A stretch of DNA of 62,422 nucleotides from Patescibacteria group bacterium (GCA_041645555.1 JBAZPX010000005.1:1-62422), one strand, 5' to 3'. Numbered from the stretch's first letter, positions 34,655 through 43,160 are shown. A program made the numbers and translations. Notes: generated by a model from the letters alone, not told the origin.

Positions 34655-35320
34655 ATGCCAAAAAAGATTATTATTACTATTATTATTTTTTTAGTTCTAA
34701 TTCTCGCGGGAGGTTTTTTTGTTTATAAAAATAAATTTAATTATTGCTCTGAATATATCTGCTCCGTAAAGGTAGAAATAAGCGGAGAAGAGTATAATAA
34801 GAAACTCGAGTTAATAAAAGAGACTAAAGAAAATATTAAAAAAGATCCCGAAAATTTGGATAATTATTTATCTTTAGGCCTTTATTATAAAAGCCTCGGA
34901 GAATTAAAAAAGGCTGAAAATTCTTATCTGGACGGCCTGAAAATTGATGATAAATTTTATTTATATTATTTAAATTTAGGCAATATTCTGGTTGATATGC
35001 GCGACTATGGAAGCGCGAAAGAATCTTATCTTAAAGCGATTGAAAATAAGGCCGTAGAACCGAACAGCTATTTAAAGCTGGCTGATTTATTAGCCATTCA
35101 AATTAAAGCGCCTGATGGGGAGATTAGGGAAGTTTATTCGGAGGGGCTAAAGAACACAAATAATGATCCGAATATTTGCAGGTCTTATGCGTCTTATTTA
35201 GAAGAAATAAAAGAAGATAACGCGGCGGCTGATATGTGGCAGTTATGCCTGTCTAAGGATCCTAACAACGAGGCGATTAAGGGGATAATTGAGGAATTGA
35301 GAAATAAAAGTTCCAAATAA
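34655..35320 (+). CDS. Membrane-anchored TPR-repeat protein
   Basis: N-terminal TM helix, then TPR-like repeats (LGLYYKSLGELKKAENSYLDGLKID..., LGNILVDMRDYGSAKESYLKAIE). Confidence 0.65.
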   Translation: MPKKIIITIIIFLVLILAGGFFVYKNKFNYCSEYICSVKVEISGEEYNKKLELIKETKENIKKDPENLDNYLSLGLYYKSLGELKKAENSYLDGLKIDDKFYLYYLNLGNILVDMRDYGSAKESYLKAIENKAVEPNSYLKLADLLAIQIKAPDGEIREVYSEGLKNTNNDPNICRSYASYLEEIKEDNAAADMWQLCLSKDPNNEAIKGIIEELRNKSSK

Positions 35321-35339
35321 CAAATTTTAAATTTTAAAT
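35315..35339 (+). repeat. 25-nt direct repeat AAATAACAAATTTTAAATTTTAAAT, copy 1
   Basis: It is identical to 35945-35969. It overlaps the stop codon of the TPR gene. Confidence 0.9.
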
Positions 35340-35349
35340 TACTGTGTAT

Positions 35350-35937
35350 ATGAAAAAAATAATTTTTAGTGTTTTAGCTTTAATTATTATCGCCGGTGCC
35401 GGCTGGTATTTTTTTGCCGGCGATAATGAACAGTTTGATTTAAAAAAATTAAAACAGCAATATCCGAATTTAACGGCTTATGCTGACGGCGTGATAAAAG
35501 CGCAGGAAAATTTAAACCAGAGCAAGGAGGAGATAGAAAATTATACTACCCTTGGCTTGGCCTGGAAGAGTTTGGCCGAGCGGGCAAGACAAGCCGGTAT
35601 AGCCGATTATGCGGGTTACTATAAGAAAGCTTTGGACGTTTACGAGCAGGGAATTGAAAAAACCTCCCGTCGGAATACTTTGCTGATGACCAATGCCGGC
35701 AATATGGCTAAATATTTGGGAGATTATAAACTGACCGAGAGTTATTATAAAGAAGCTATTTCCGTATCGCCCGGAGATGAAACCTATTACGCTTTACTCG
35801 CTGAATTATATGAATATGAGATGGGAAAAACAAAAGAAGAAATTTTAGCTGTTTATGATGAAGGGATGGAACAAGCGCTCAATGCTAGTTGGCTTACGGC
35901 CAGGAAAGAGTCGTATCTGGAAAGAACGGGAAAATAA
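35350..35937 (+). CDS. Membrane-anchored TPR-like protein
   Basis: N-terminal TM helix (MKKIIFSVLALIIIAGAGWYFF), then helical-repeat-like sequence. The alternative GTG start at 35344 is the one in the track. Confidence 0.55.
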   Translation: MKKIIFSVLALIIIAGAGWYFFAGDNEQFDLKKLKQQYPNLTAYADGVIKAQENLNQSKEEIENYTTLGLAWKSLAERARQAGIADYAGYYKKALDVYEQGIEKTSRRNTLLMTNAGNMAKYLGDYKLTESYYKEAISVSPGDETYYALLAELYEYEMGKTKEEILAVYDEGMEQALNASWLTARKESYLERTGK

Positions 35938-35944
35938 GAATTTT

Positions 35945-35969
35945 AAATAACAAATTTTAAATTTTAAAT
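35945..35969 (+). repeat. 25-nt direct repeat AAATAACAAATTTTAAATTTTAAAT, copy 2
   Basis: It is identical to 35315-35339 and starts 8 nt after the stop of the second TPR gene. Confidence 0.9.
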
Positions 35970-36054
35970 AACGGCGAGTAGCAAATTTAGGCAATTAAAA
36001 TTTAATAATCACATTTCTAATTAACCAATCCCGAGCCCTCGGGACTAAATACCC

Positions 36055-38316
36055 ATGAGCCAGAAAATTTATTTAATAATTTTAAGATGGGGCGTTTATT
36101 TTTCTTTTCTTTCGGTCCTTTTGACTTCAAAGAACTTTTATTTTCCTTATATCAGCACCAAGCAAATTTACTTTAATATTTTAATAGAAATATTGCTTGT
36201 TTTTTGGCTCGCCTTTATTATAAAATATCCGAGTTGGCGTCCGAAAAAATCGTGGATTTCTTTCGGATTATTAGCCTTTTTTTCCGCCCTGCTTTTATCT
36301 TGTTTTTTTAGCATTGATTTTAATTTAAGTTTTTGGGGCGATATTGAAAGAATGCTGGGATTTTTTCAGCTTTTTCATTTTTTAATTCTCTATTTTATTA
36401 TAATTACCGTGATGCGCTCCTGGACGGATTGGCGCAACTTGTTTTTGGTTTTTTTATTTGTAGGAGTCTTAGTAAGTTTGCACGGCATCGGCCAGCGGCT
36501 CGAAATTATCAAGAGCCCCTGGGGGCCGGGCCGGGTTATCGCCACGATTGGCAATGCCGCTTATGTCGGCGCTTATACCATCTTTAATCTTTTTTTTGTT
36601 TCCATTTTGTTTTTTAAAACCAGAGATAGAATTTGGCGGGCCGTTTTAGCAGGAGCGGCTTTTATCGTTTTGCTGGCTTTAATTTTTTCCGGAACGCGCG
36701 GGGCCTTTCTCGGTTTCGGCGCCAGCCTTCTTTTTATGCCGTTCCTTTTGGTTATTTTAAGCAGGAGCAAAAAGGCGAGGCGGTATGGTTTTCTTTTTCT
36801 ATTCATTTTAATAATTTCCATAACCGGCCTGGTTTTAAACCGCGATAGCGCTTTTGTCCAAAATAATTCTTTCTTGGCTCGGTTGGCAAATATTTCCATG
36901 TCCAGCTCGACTATGCAAACGCGCTTTATTTCCTGGCGGGCCGCGGCTAAGGATTTTACCAGCCATCCAATCCTCGGCACCGGGCTTGGCAATTACGCTA
37001 TTATTTTTGACAAGTATTTTGACCCGACTTTTTATAATTACACCAGGAGTGAAACTTATTTTGACCAGGCGCATAATAATTTAATTGATATTGCCTCCAC
37101 TACCGGTTTATTGGGCCTTCTCACTTATTTATCGATTTTCGTTGCCGCTTTTGCCTATCTTGTCCGCGGATTAAGAAAGAGAAAAATAAGTCCAGCGGAT
37201 TTTATTTTGCTTATCGGTTTAATAATCGCTTATTTCATCCAAAATCTAGCGGTGTTTGACGCTTTGGTGACTTATATCGCTTTAATGGTGATGCTGGCTT
37301 ATATTTATTGGCTCATCCAAGATAGAGCCGCCGGAGAAGAAGAGGAAGACGATAAGGATTCGCTAGCTGGCGAAGAGGCGGACAGGGAGCTCGAAAATAA
37401 AGAGATTTATTCGTTATTTATTTTCGGCCTTATCGCCATTGTTTCAATTTACCAGTTTGGCCTAAAACCGGCCAAGATGCTCCTTGGGACGATAGAAGGC
37501 CAGATGGCTTTAGCTAAAGGCGACGTCGTCAGCGCTGTGGAAGAATATAAAAAAGCTTTAAGCTATAAGACTGTTTTAGATCGCGATAGCCGCGGGAGTT
37601 TGGTAAGGGCTCTTGGCTCTATGACCGTTGGCGAGGGCGATCAACAGAAAGCCAAGGAAATTCTGGATTATGGCGCGGAGTTGGCTAAGACTAATGTCAA
37701 ATATAATCCTAAAGACAACTTAATGCAGCTGCAGCTGGCCCAGATTTTAGATAACGCCTCCAGGGTTAATATTGATAATTCGGAAAAGTTTTATTATTAC
37801 TCCGACCAGGCCCTGGAAGCGGTAAACATAGCGATTGCTTCAAGCCCGGGCCGGGTTCCGGTTTATTTTGTCAAAGCCCAGATTTACCTTAGCCGAGGCG
37901 AGGCGGAAAAAGCCATAGAAACTTTAAAGTATGCTATCAGTTTAAACGAAGATTATTATGAAAGCACCTGCCAGCTGGCTAAGGTTTATATAATTTTAGG
38001 AAGAGAAGATGAGGGTTATGCCGAGATGGACAAATGCCTTGATAAGGGGGGAGCGGAGATATTCTCTTCCGCCGCTTTTGTTAAAACCTTAATTAACCAT
38101 TATGCGGACAATAATGATACGGATAAACTCATAAAGCTTTATGTCCAGTTATTAACAAGGTTAGAGTCAAAAGATGTTCAAGCCTGGATAAATTTATCAA
38201 AATTGTATATCCAGGTTGGCAGAAAAGAAGAAGCGATTGAAGCCGCCCGAAAAGCGGCCCAGCTAGACCCAAGCCTAGAAACTTCTGTGGAAAGATTTAT
38301 AGAGGGTTTAGAGTAA
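36055..38316 (+). CDS. Wzy_C (O-antigen ligase/polymerase-like) polytopic membrane protein with C-terminal TPR repeats, paralog B
   Basis: Same architecture as 32366..34645, with SGTRGAFLGF, FDQAHNNLIDIASTTGLLGL and a C-terminal TPR region. Confidence 0.75.
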   Translation: MSQKIYLIILRWGVYFSFLSVLLTSKNFYFPYISTKQIYFNILIEILLVFWLAFIIKYPSWRPKKSWISFGLLAFFSALLLSCFFSIDFNLSFWGDIERMLGFFQLFHFLILYFIIITVMRSWTDWRNLFLVFLFVGVLVSLHGIGQRLEIIKSPWGPGRVIATIGNAAYVGAYTIFNLFFVSILFFKTRDRIWRAVLAGAAFIVLLALIFSGTRGAFLGFGASLLFMPFLLVILSRSKKARRYGFLFLFILIISITGLVLNRDSAFVQNNSFLARLANISMSSSTMQTRFISWRAAAKDFTSHPILGTGLGNYAIIFDKYFDPTFYNYTRSETYFDQAHNNLIDIASTTGLLGLLTYLSIFVAAFAYLVRGLRKRKISPADFILLIGLIIAYFIQNLAVFDALVTYIALMVMLAYIYWLIQDRAAGEEEEDDKDSLAGEEADRELENKEIYSLFIFGLIAIVSIYQFGLKPAKMLLGTIEGQMALAKGDVVSAVEEYKKALSYKTVLDRDSRGSLVRALGSMTVGEGDQQKAKEILDYGAELAKTNVKYNPKDNLMQLQLAQILDNASRVNIDNSEKFYYYSDQALEAVNIAIASSPGRVPVYFVKAQIYLSRGEAEKAIETLKYAISLNEDYYESTCQLAKVYIILGREDEGYAEMDKCLDKGGAEIFSSAAFVKTLINHYADNNDTDKLIKLYVQLLTRLESKDVQAWINLSKLYIQVGRKEEAIEAARKAAQLDPSLETSVERFIEGLE

Positions 38317-38377
38317 AAGTTTATTGTTATCTGATTCTGTGTTATAATATACAGGTAATAACTAAATTTTAAAAAAT

Positions 38378-39226
38378 ATGATTTGTTTTAATTGCCGGAA
38401 GCAGATTCCGGATAACTCGGAAACCTGCCCTTCCTGCGGGCAGACGATTTCTCCCCGCGAACAGTTAGGCAAAGAAATTTCTCTGCGCCGGTACCAGCGG
38501 TGGTTTTTTTATGGCGTTTTGATTTTAATTATTTTGGGCATGATTCTGGTAATTGTAAAGATATATAATGCCAACACTAAACTGCTTTTGTCCGTCAATA
38601 GCGTCCAAAAAGAGCTGGAAGAAGCCAAAGGCACTTTGGGGACAACCCAGGCAGACCTGGCCCAAAAGGAAGAATTATTAAAACAGGTGCAGGCCGACTT
38701 GCTCGAAAAAAGCCAGGCCGTAGACGCTAAAACCACGGAGTTTAAAACCGTGCTTGATGAGAAAACCGCAGTTGAAGAAAAATATTCTCAAAGCCAGCTT
38801 GACCTTAATTCGGCCGAAGCCAATATTTATAACTTGATAATAAGACTGGGCGTGGGCATAAGCAATGAAAATTTGAAAAAAATTCCGGTGGCGGACGCTA
38901 ATTTAGAAGGTGATGACACGGACGCGGACGGCTTGTCTGACATGGCGGAAGAAGCTTTGGGCACGGACGCGGCTAAAGCCGATACGGACGGGGATGGCTT
39001 TAATGATAAACAGGAAATTTTGGGCGGGTTTAATCCGCTGGGCGCTGGGAATCTCGGCGTAGACATAAATTTTGCCAATAAGCAAAAAGGAAAAATCCTC
39101 CTGCAGGTGGAAGGTCATGGCGAGGCCTGGTTCGTAAATACCGGCGATGGCAAACGATATTTCTTGGGCAAACCGGCTGACGCTTTCCGGATAATGAGAA
39201 GCGTGGAGTACTGGACAAAGAAGTAA
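38378..39226 (+). CDS. Zinc-ribbon / single-TM / coiled-coil protein with Asp-rich calcium-binding-type repeats
   Basis: N-terminal CFNC...CPSCG zinc ribbon, a TM helix and a coiled coil. The DTDADGLSD and DTDGDGFND motifs are thrombospondin type-3-like. Confidence 0.55.
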   Translation: MICFNCRKQIPDNSETCPSCGQTISPREQLGKEISLRRYQRWFFYGVLILIILGMILVIVKIYNANTKLLLSVNSVQKELEEAKGTLGTTQADLAQKEELLKQVQADLLEKSQAVDAKTTEFKTVLDEKTAVEEKYSQSQLDLNSAEANIYNLIIRLGVGISNENLKKIPVADANLEGDDTDADGLSDMAEEALGTDAAKADTDGDGFNDKQEILGGFNPLGAGNLGVDINFANKQKGKILLQVEGHGEAWFVNTGDGKRYFLGKPADAFRIMRSVEYWTKK

Positions 39227-39252
39227 ATTAATTAAAATAAAATATTTTTAGC

Positions 39253-39290
39253 AAAAGAAAAAAGGGTCGGCGCACAGCTGACCCTTTTTG
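39253..39290. terminator. Bidirectional intrinsic terminator; copy 1 of a 38-nt direct repeat
   Basis: AAGGGTC / GACCCTT stem flanked by an A-run and a T-run. It matches 39982-40019 at 36 of 38 positions. Confidence 0.75.
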
Positions 39291-39309
39291 AGAGAAGAAA
39301 AGAACCGTT

Positions 39310-39879
39310 TTATTTTCCCGAAGCATGTCCTTCTCTGGCAAACGGGTTGCCTTCAATAAGACAGTTTATTTCCCCTTGGAGCCGTTCAAGCCTTTTTCTC
39401 TCTTGTTCACCCAAGGGGTTTTTTAACTCTTCAGCAACGGCGTTTACCCTGCGCATTCTGACAAGGAGGTAGGCGCAATTTACGCCGATATTGCTCCAAC
39501 TTACTGCTCTTACGATCTCAATAAAACATTCGGCCAGCTGATCCCTTTTTTCCTCGGGTATTTCAAACTCTCTGATATGAATGAACAAACCAGTGAGTAA
39601 ATCCACTAGCCAGATGTTGTGGCGGAAAAGGTTTTCGTTGGCTTCCAATATTTTCTTTTTTTCTTTTTTATTCTCTTTTTTCCTCCCCGAGTTATAAAGG
39701 AGAGAACCTATGGAGAGAAAAAGCGCCTCAAGGAGTAAGATGCAGCCGAAGGAACTGAGAGAAGGAGTTTCCTGGGCTTGCATATAGCCCGAGCCATAAA
39801 GCAGAAGCATAACTCCGTGGAGCACCAACAAGACAAGGGCGACGGAAAAGAGAATTCCTCCGATGGTTTTCATAGCCAC
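39310..39879 (-). CDS. Hypothetical two-TM membrane protein
   Basis: Two N-terminal hydrophobic helices, a Lys-rich segment and a helical C-terminal domain. A strong SD (AAAGGAG) precedes the ATG. It is GC-richer than the typical local genes. Confidence 0.45.
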   Translation of the reverse strand: MAMKTIGGILFSVALVLLVLHGVMLLLYGSGYMQAQETPSLSSFGCILLLEALFLSIGSLLYNSGRKKENKKEKKKILEANENLFRHNIWLVDLLTGLFIHIREFEIPEEKRDQLAECFIEIVRAVSWSNIGVNCAYLLVRMRRVNAVAEELKNPLGEQERKRLERLQGEINCLIEGNPFAREGHASGK

Positions 39880-39981
39880 TCCTTTGTTTTGGGAAAGAGC
39901 CGTTTATGTTTGGATTTAATAACCAAAATGAAGCGATAAAAAATTTTAACATAAGCAAGTTTTTTTGTCAACTTAGCAGAT

Positions 39982-40019
39982 AAAAGAAAAAAGGGTCGGC
40001 GCAGAGCTAACCCTTTTTA
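39982..40019 (-). terminator. Terminator-like element; copy 2 of the 38-nt direct repeat (stem weakened)
   Basis: AAAAGAAAAAAGGGTCGGCGCAGAGCTAACCCTTTTTA. It lies just downstream of the minus-strand gene 40048..40746. Confidence 0.55.
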
Positions 40020-40047
40020 AGTCAAAGGAGTAAAAATCGCGTCGTTT

Positions 40048-40746
40048 TTATTCAACGACCCTGATTTCTTCAACATTACCCATCAAGTATTCTTTAAGGC
40101 GGTTGGAATTAAATTTCTCATTATTCCTGCAATCTCCGCAACTAAATCTCTCGGTGAGTATTATTTTAACTGTCCGGTCGCCTTCCGTGGGCCATTTTCT
40201 TTCGTCTGCGAATTTTTCGAGTGTCGGCTTGCAGACATTGCCATCTCCGAGTTCTATTTCCTCCATTTTGGCCATTATAACCAGAAGACGGATTCCGATC
40301 GTCGTTTCCGCTTCGCGCTTAAAAGTAACCTCTAACTTTCTGGAGCTCGCGAGAGCATGGGCGATTATTACGGGGATATACTCAATTAATTCTCTCTCTG
40401 CCTCCTCTACTGTCTCCTCCTCTATTTTTTCTACTATCTCTTCTGCCCAGCGGTCTCGCAAAAAGTAAAAATAGAAAACGCCACCGCCGGCAATGGGGGC
40501 AAGCGCTGGAATGGCAAATCTTAACTGCTCAAGAAATGCCCAGGTTTTTTCCGAATAAAGATAATCGAGACCAAAATATAGAACAGCCGTAATCGCCAAG
40601 ATGGCTATCACGATGATTGCCAGGTAAATATTATGAAGAATTTTAGACGGGGACGCGCCAGACTCTTCTTCGCCATCTTCTTCATCTCCTCTGTAAAAAT
40701 AAATATCTCTCGCGTCTTCTGGCTCTAATATTCCGATAGCTCCCAT
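40048..40746 (-). CDS. Hypothetical two-TM membrane protein with acidic N-terminus and Cys-containing C-terminal domain
   Basis: Acidic N-terminal segment (DEEDGEEES), two TM helices and a C-terminal soluble domain containing CGDC. Confidence 0.45.
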   Translation of the reverse strand: MGAIGILEPEDARDIYFYRGDEEDGEEESGASPSKILHNIYLAIIVIAILAITAVLYFGLDYLYSEKTWAFLEQLRFAIPALAPIAGGGVFYFYFLRDRWAEEIVEKIEEETVEEAERELIEYIPVIIAHALASSRKLEVTFKREAETTIGIRLLVIMAKMEEIELGDGNVCKPTLEKFADERKWPTEGDRTVKIILTERFSCGDCRNNEKFNSNRLKEYLMGNVEEIRVVE

Positions 40747-40785
40747 TGCCGCCTCTTTCTTTAAAAGTGCGATTATATTATCTAT

Positions 40786-41934
40786 TTATTTTTTATAATA
40801 AACCTCTTTTGTCTCCCTGATCATTTTTTCCAGATTAAATTCCTCCTGGGCTTTAATTCGGGCCTGAGTGCTTAATTCCTGCTGTAGGTCCGGATTATTG
40901 ATGAGTTTTTTAATTTTTTCCGCCAAATCATCGGCGTCCCGCGAGTTTACCAAAAGCCCGGTTTTTCCGTCTTCAATCAATTCCGGATTGCCGCCGACCC
41001 GAGTAGCGATAATCGGCAGGCCGTTTAGCATAGTTTCAATAATGGTATAAGACAGGCCTTCTTTAACCGAGGAGCAGACGTAGATATCAAAAGCCGATAA
41101 AGCTTGAGCGGCTTCAGGAATCCGGCCGGCCAGTATTACGTTATTTTCCAGCTTATTCTTCTTTATAAGTTCGGTCAATTGCTTTCGCTCCTGCCCTTCA
41201 CCGATTATAACCGTGGCAATTTCCATTCCTTCTTCAATTAATTTTTTTGTTGCTTCTATCAAATAGGCAAACCCTTTGGTTTTATAAAGGTTGCCGATAC
41301 TGCCTATAATAAATTTGTTTTCCGGCAGGTTTAATTTTTCCCGCGCTTCCTGGCGGGAGAGAAATTCAATCGGGGCAATGCCATTATGGACCATAATTAG
41401 TTTCTCTCTGGGGCAGATTTTTTCTTTTAGAGCTGTCTCATAATCAAACTCGGAAACGCAGATAATTTTATTTTTAAATATGGCCGTAAATTTTTCCGCG
41501 TATTTATAAAAAAGTTTCTGCCAAACCGGCATTGGCTCGTTAAAAACCCAACCGTGCGCGGTATAAACAATTAACAATTCACAATTAACAATTAACAATT
41601 TTGAAATAAACGCAGCTAATGAACCGAGGATAGAAATTTTAGAACTGTTTAAGTGAATTATATCCGGTTTAACTTTTTTTATCAGTTTTACAATCTGGAT
41701 TAAAGCTAAGAAATCGCTAATTGGCGAAATAGACCGTTTAAGATAGGGGACAGAGTAATATTTGATTTTTTCTTTGTATAGTTTTTTAGCCAGTTCTCCT
41801 TTCTCTCCCTGCTCGCCAAAAGCCATAATGACGTTAAATTCATTCTTTAAGGCCAAAGCCAAATCAAGAGAGTAGCGCTGGGCGCCGCCCAGTTCGCTCT
41901 GGGTTATAATATAAAGAATAGTTTTTTTAGGCAT
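40786..41934 (-). CDS. Glycosyltransferase family 4
   Basis: The N-terminal GGAQRY and C-terminal E(G)LSYTIIETMLNGLPIIATRVGGNPELIEDGKTGLLV resemble the EX7E region of GT4 enzymes. Confidence 0.88.
   Translation of the reverse strand: MPKKTILYIITQSELGGAQRYSLDLALALKNEFNVIMAFGEQGEKGELAKKLYKEKIKYYSVPYLKRSISPISDFLALIQIVKLIKKVKPDIIHLNSSKISILGSLAAFISKLLIVNCELLIVYTAHGWVFNEPMPVWQKLFYKYAEKFTAIFKNKIICVSEFDYETALKEKICPREKLIMVHNGIAPIEFLSRQEAREKLNLPENKFIIGSIGNLYKTKGFAYLIEATKKLIEEGMEIATVIIGEGQERKQLTELIKKNKLENNVILAGRIPEAAQALSAFDIYVCSSVKEGLSYTIIETMLNGLPIIATRVGGNPELIEDGKTGLLVNSRDADDLAEKIKKLINNPDLQQELSTQARIKAQEEFNLEKMIRETKEVYYKK
41566..41600. repeat. Heptanucleotide tandem array (AACAATT x5) inside the GT4 ORF
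   Basis: aacaatt aacaatt cacaatt aacaatt aacaatt. On the coding strand it encodes LLIVNCELLIV. Confidence 0.9.
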
Positions 41935-42015
41935 AATTGACGAAAGTTGAATTTTATGCTTATATTATTACATTATACTATATTTTGAACTTTGTAAATT
42001 AAACAGAGAGGAGAG

Positions 42016-42390
42016 ATGAACATGCCATTCTTTCATACTTTGGGCGATTATGGTCTGGCAGAGATAACCGACGGCAAGATGGCGAGCTATAGCGTCGTCT
42101 TTAAAGCTCCTTGCCTTGAATCTTTGGTCGGGGGGATGGAGAGGGTGAAGAAAATCGGCGATTGCGCCGGTTCTATTCTTTTGGCAGAAATAGAAATGGG
42201 CAAAGAGCAGGTTTTTAAAGCCGGTTTTTGTTCCTTTAAATTTAAGGGCATTCCCCGCCGGATTGTGGAATGGGGAGAAAAAGGTTATAAGAAGCGGTAT
42301 TTGAAGATTGTAATTGTAAGAGGAAAAATATTTTGCTATGTGCGGATAAAAGAAGACAGGTGCGATTATCTTGAAATCGTTAGCGAATAA
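42016..42390 (+). CDS. Small uncharacterized protein, triad paralog 1 (FKAP...AG...F.GIP...Y.RI...C..LEI family)
   Basis: 124 aa with no signal peptide. SD GAGAGGAGAG lies upstream, and ATG 42022 is an alternative start. It shares a motif skeleton with the next two ORFs. Confidence 0.6.
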   Translation: MNMPFFHTLGDYGLAEITDGKMASYSVVFKAPCLESLVGGMERVKKIGDCAGSILLAEIEMGKEQVFKAGFCSFKFKGIPRRIVEWGEKGYKKRYLKIVIVRGKIFCYVRIKEDRCDYLEIVSE

Positions 42391-42404
42391 AAGGAGAGAC
42401 GGCC

Positions 42405-42758
42405 ATGGTTAACAAAATTTTCAAGCCGGAATTAGGCGAACTGGTAGCGGTGGAGCCGGGGAAAGAGCACCTGCTCAATATTTTTTTCAAAGCCCCGGGC
42501 CTTGGGGTGTTGGGAGAATATGTGCTGTTGGTTGCCGGCCCCTGCGCCAGGAAGACCGCTTTGGGGTCGGTTGTATTACATAAGCCGTACCGGTTAAAAG
42601 CGGGCGACCCCTTTGAATTTGAGGGGACGTTTACGGGCATCGTGGCCATTGGCGATGGTCCCTGCAACGAGTATGTGGAGATTGAGATAGCGGAGGGAAT
42701 TTATTTCTATTCCCGCATCCTTGACGGTTTCTGCCTTTTCTTGGAAATTGTTGGTTGA
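42405..42758 (+). CDS. Small uncharacterized protein, triad paralog 2
   Basis: 117 aa. SD AAGGAGA lies 7 nt upstream. Motifs FFKAPGL, LKAGD, FTGIV, FYSRILDGFCLFLEIV. Confidence 0.6.
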   Translation: MVNKIFKPELGELVAVEPGKEHLLNIFFKAPGLGVLGEYVLLVAGPCARKTALGSVVLHKPYRLKAGDPFEFEGTFTGIVAIGDGPCNEYVEIEIAEGIYFYSRILDGFCLFLEIVG

Positions 42759-42773
42759 ACAAAAGGAGGGAAC

Positions 42774-43145
42774 GTGAATCATTTTTATGGTTTCAGCTAC
42801 CCTGATTTTTGTGTAATCGCGGGAAGTCGAAAATCGCTTCTCAGCTCTACTTTCAAAGCGCCGAGTATTGCGATTTTGAGAGAGTGTTTGCCAGTAAAGG
42901 AAGGAGAATTGATAAGAGGCTCAAAGGTGGAAGAAATCTCCATGGGTGTAGAACAAAGATTCAGGGCTGGGCTCATAAAGGAGATTACAGTTGAATTTAC
43001 CGGAATCCCGGAAAGAAGGAAGCGGGTTGGCAACAGGGAAATTCTGGTAATAAGAATAACAAAGGAAGCAGGGGAACATGAGTTATACCACTATGCTCGT
43101 ATTATTGGAGGGATATGTGAGAGCCTGGAGTTAATTCCGGCATAA
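42774..43145 (+). CDS. Small uncharacterized protein, triad paralog 3
   Basis: 123 aa with a GTG start preceded by AAGGAGGG. Motifs FKAPSI, FRAGL, FTGIP, HYARIIGGICESLELI. Confidence 0.55.
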   Translation: MNHFYGFSYPDFCVIAGSRKSLLSSTFKAPSIAILRECLPVKEGELIRGSKVEEISMGVEQRFRAGLIKEITVEFTGIPERRKRVGNREILVIRITKEAGEHELYHYARIIGGICESLELIPA

Positions 43146-43160
43146 ATTTGGCTATAAGAA

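Noticed and set aside
36573-37084. Cluster of ORFs on both strands (36573..36992 -, 36633..36848 +, 36835..37074 -, 36854..37084 +) inside the second Wzy_C gene.
   Set aside because: All overlap a long coherent membrane-protein ORF with family motifs. They are basic/low-complexity shadow translations.
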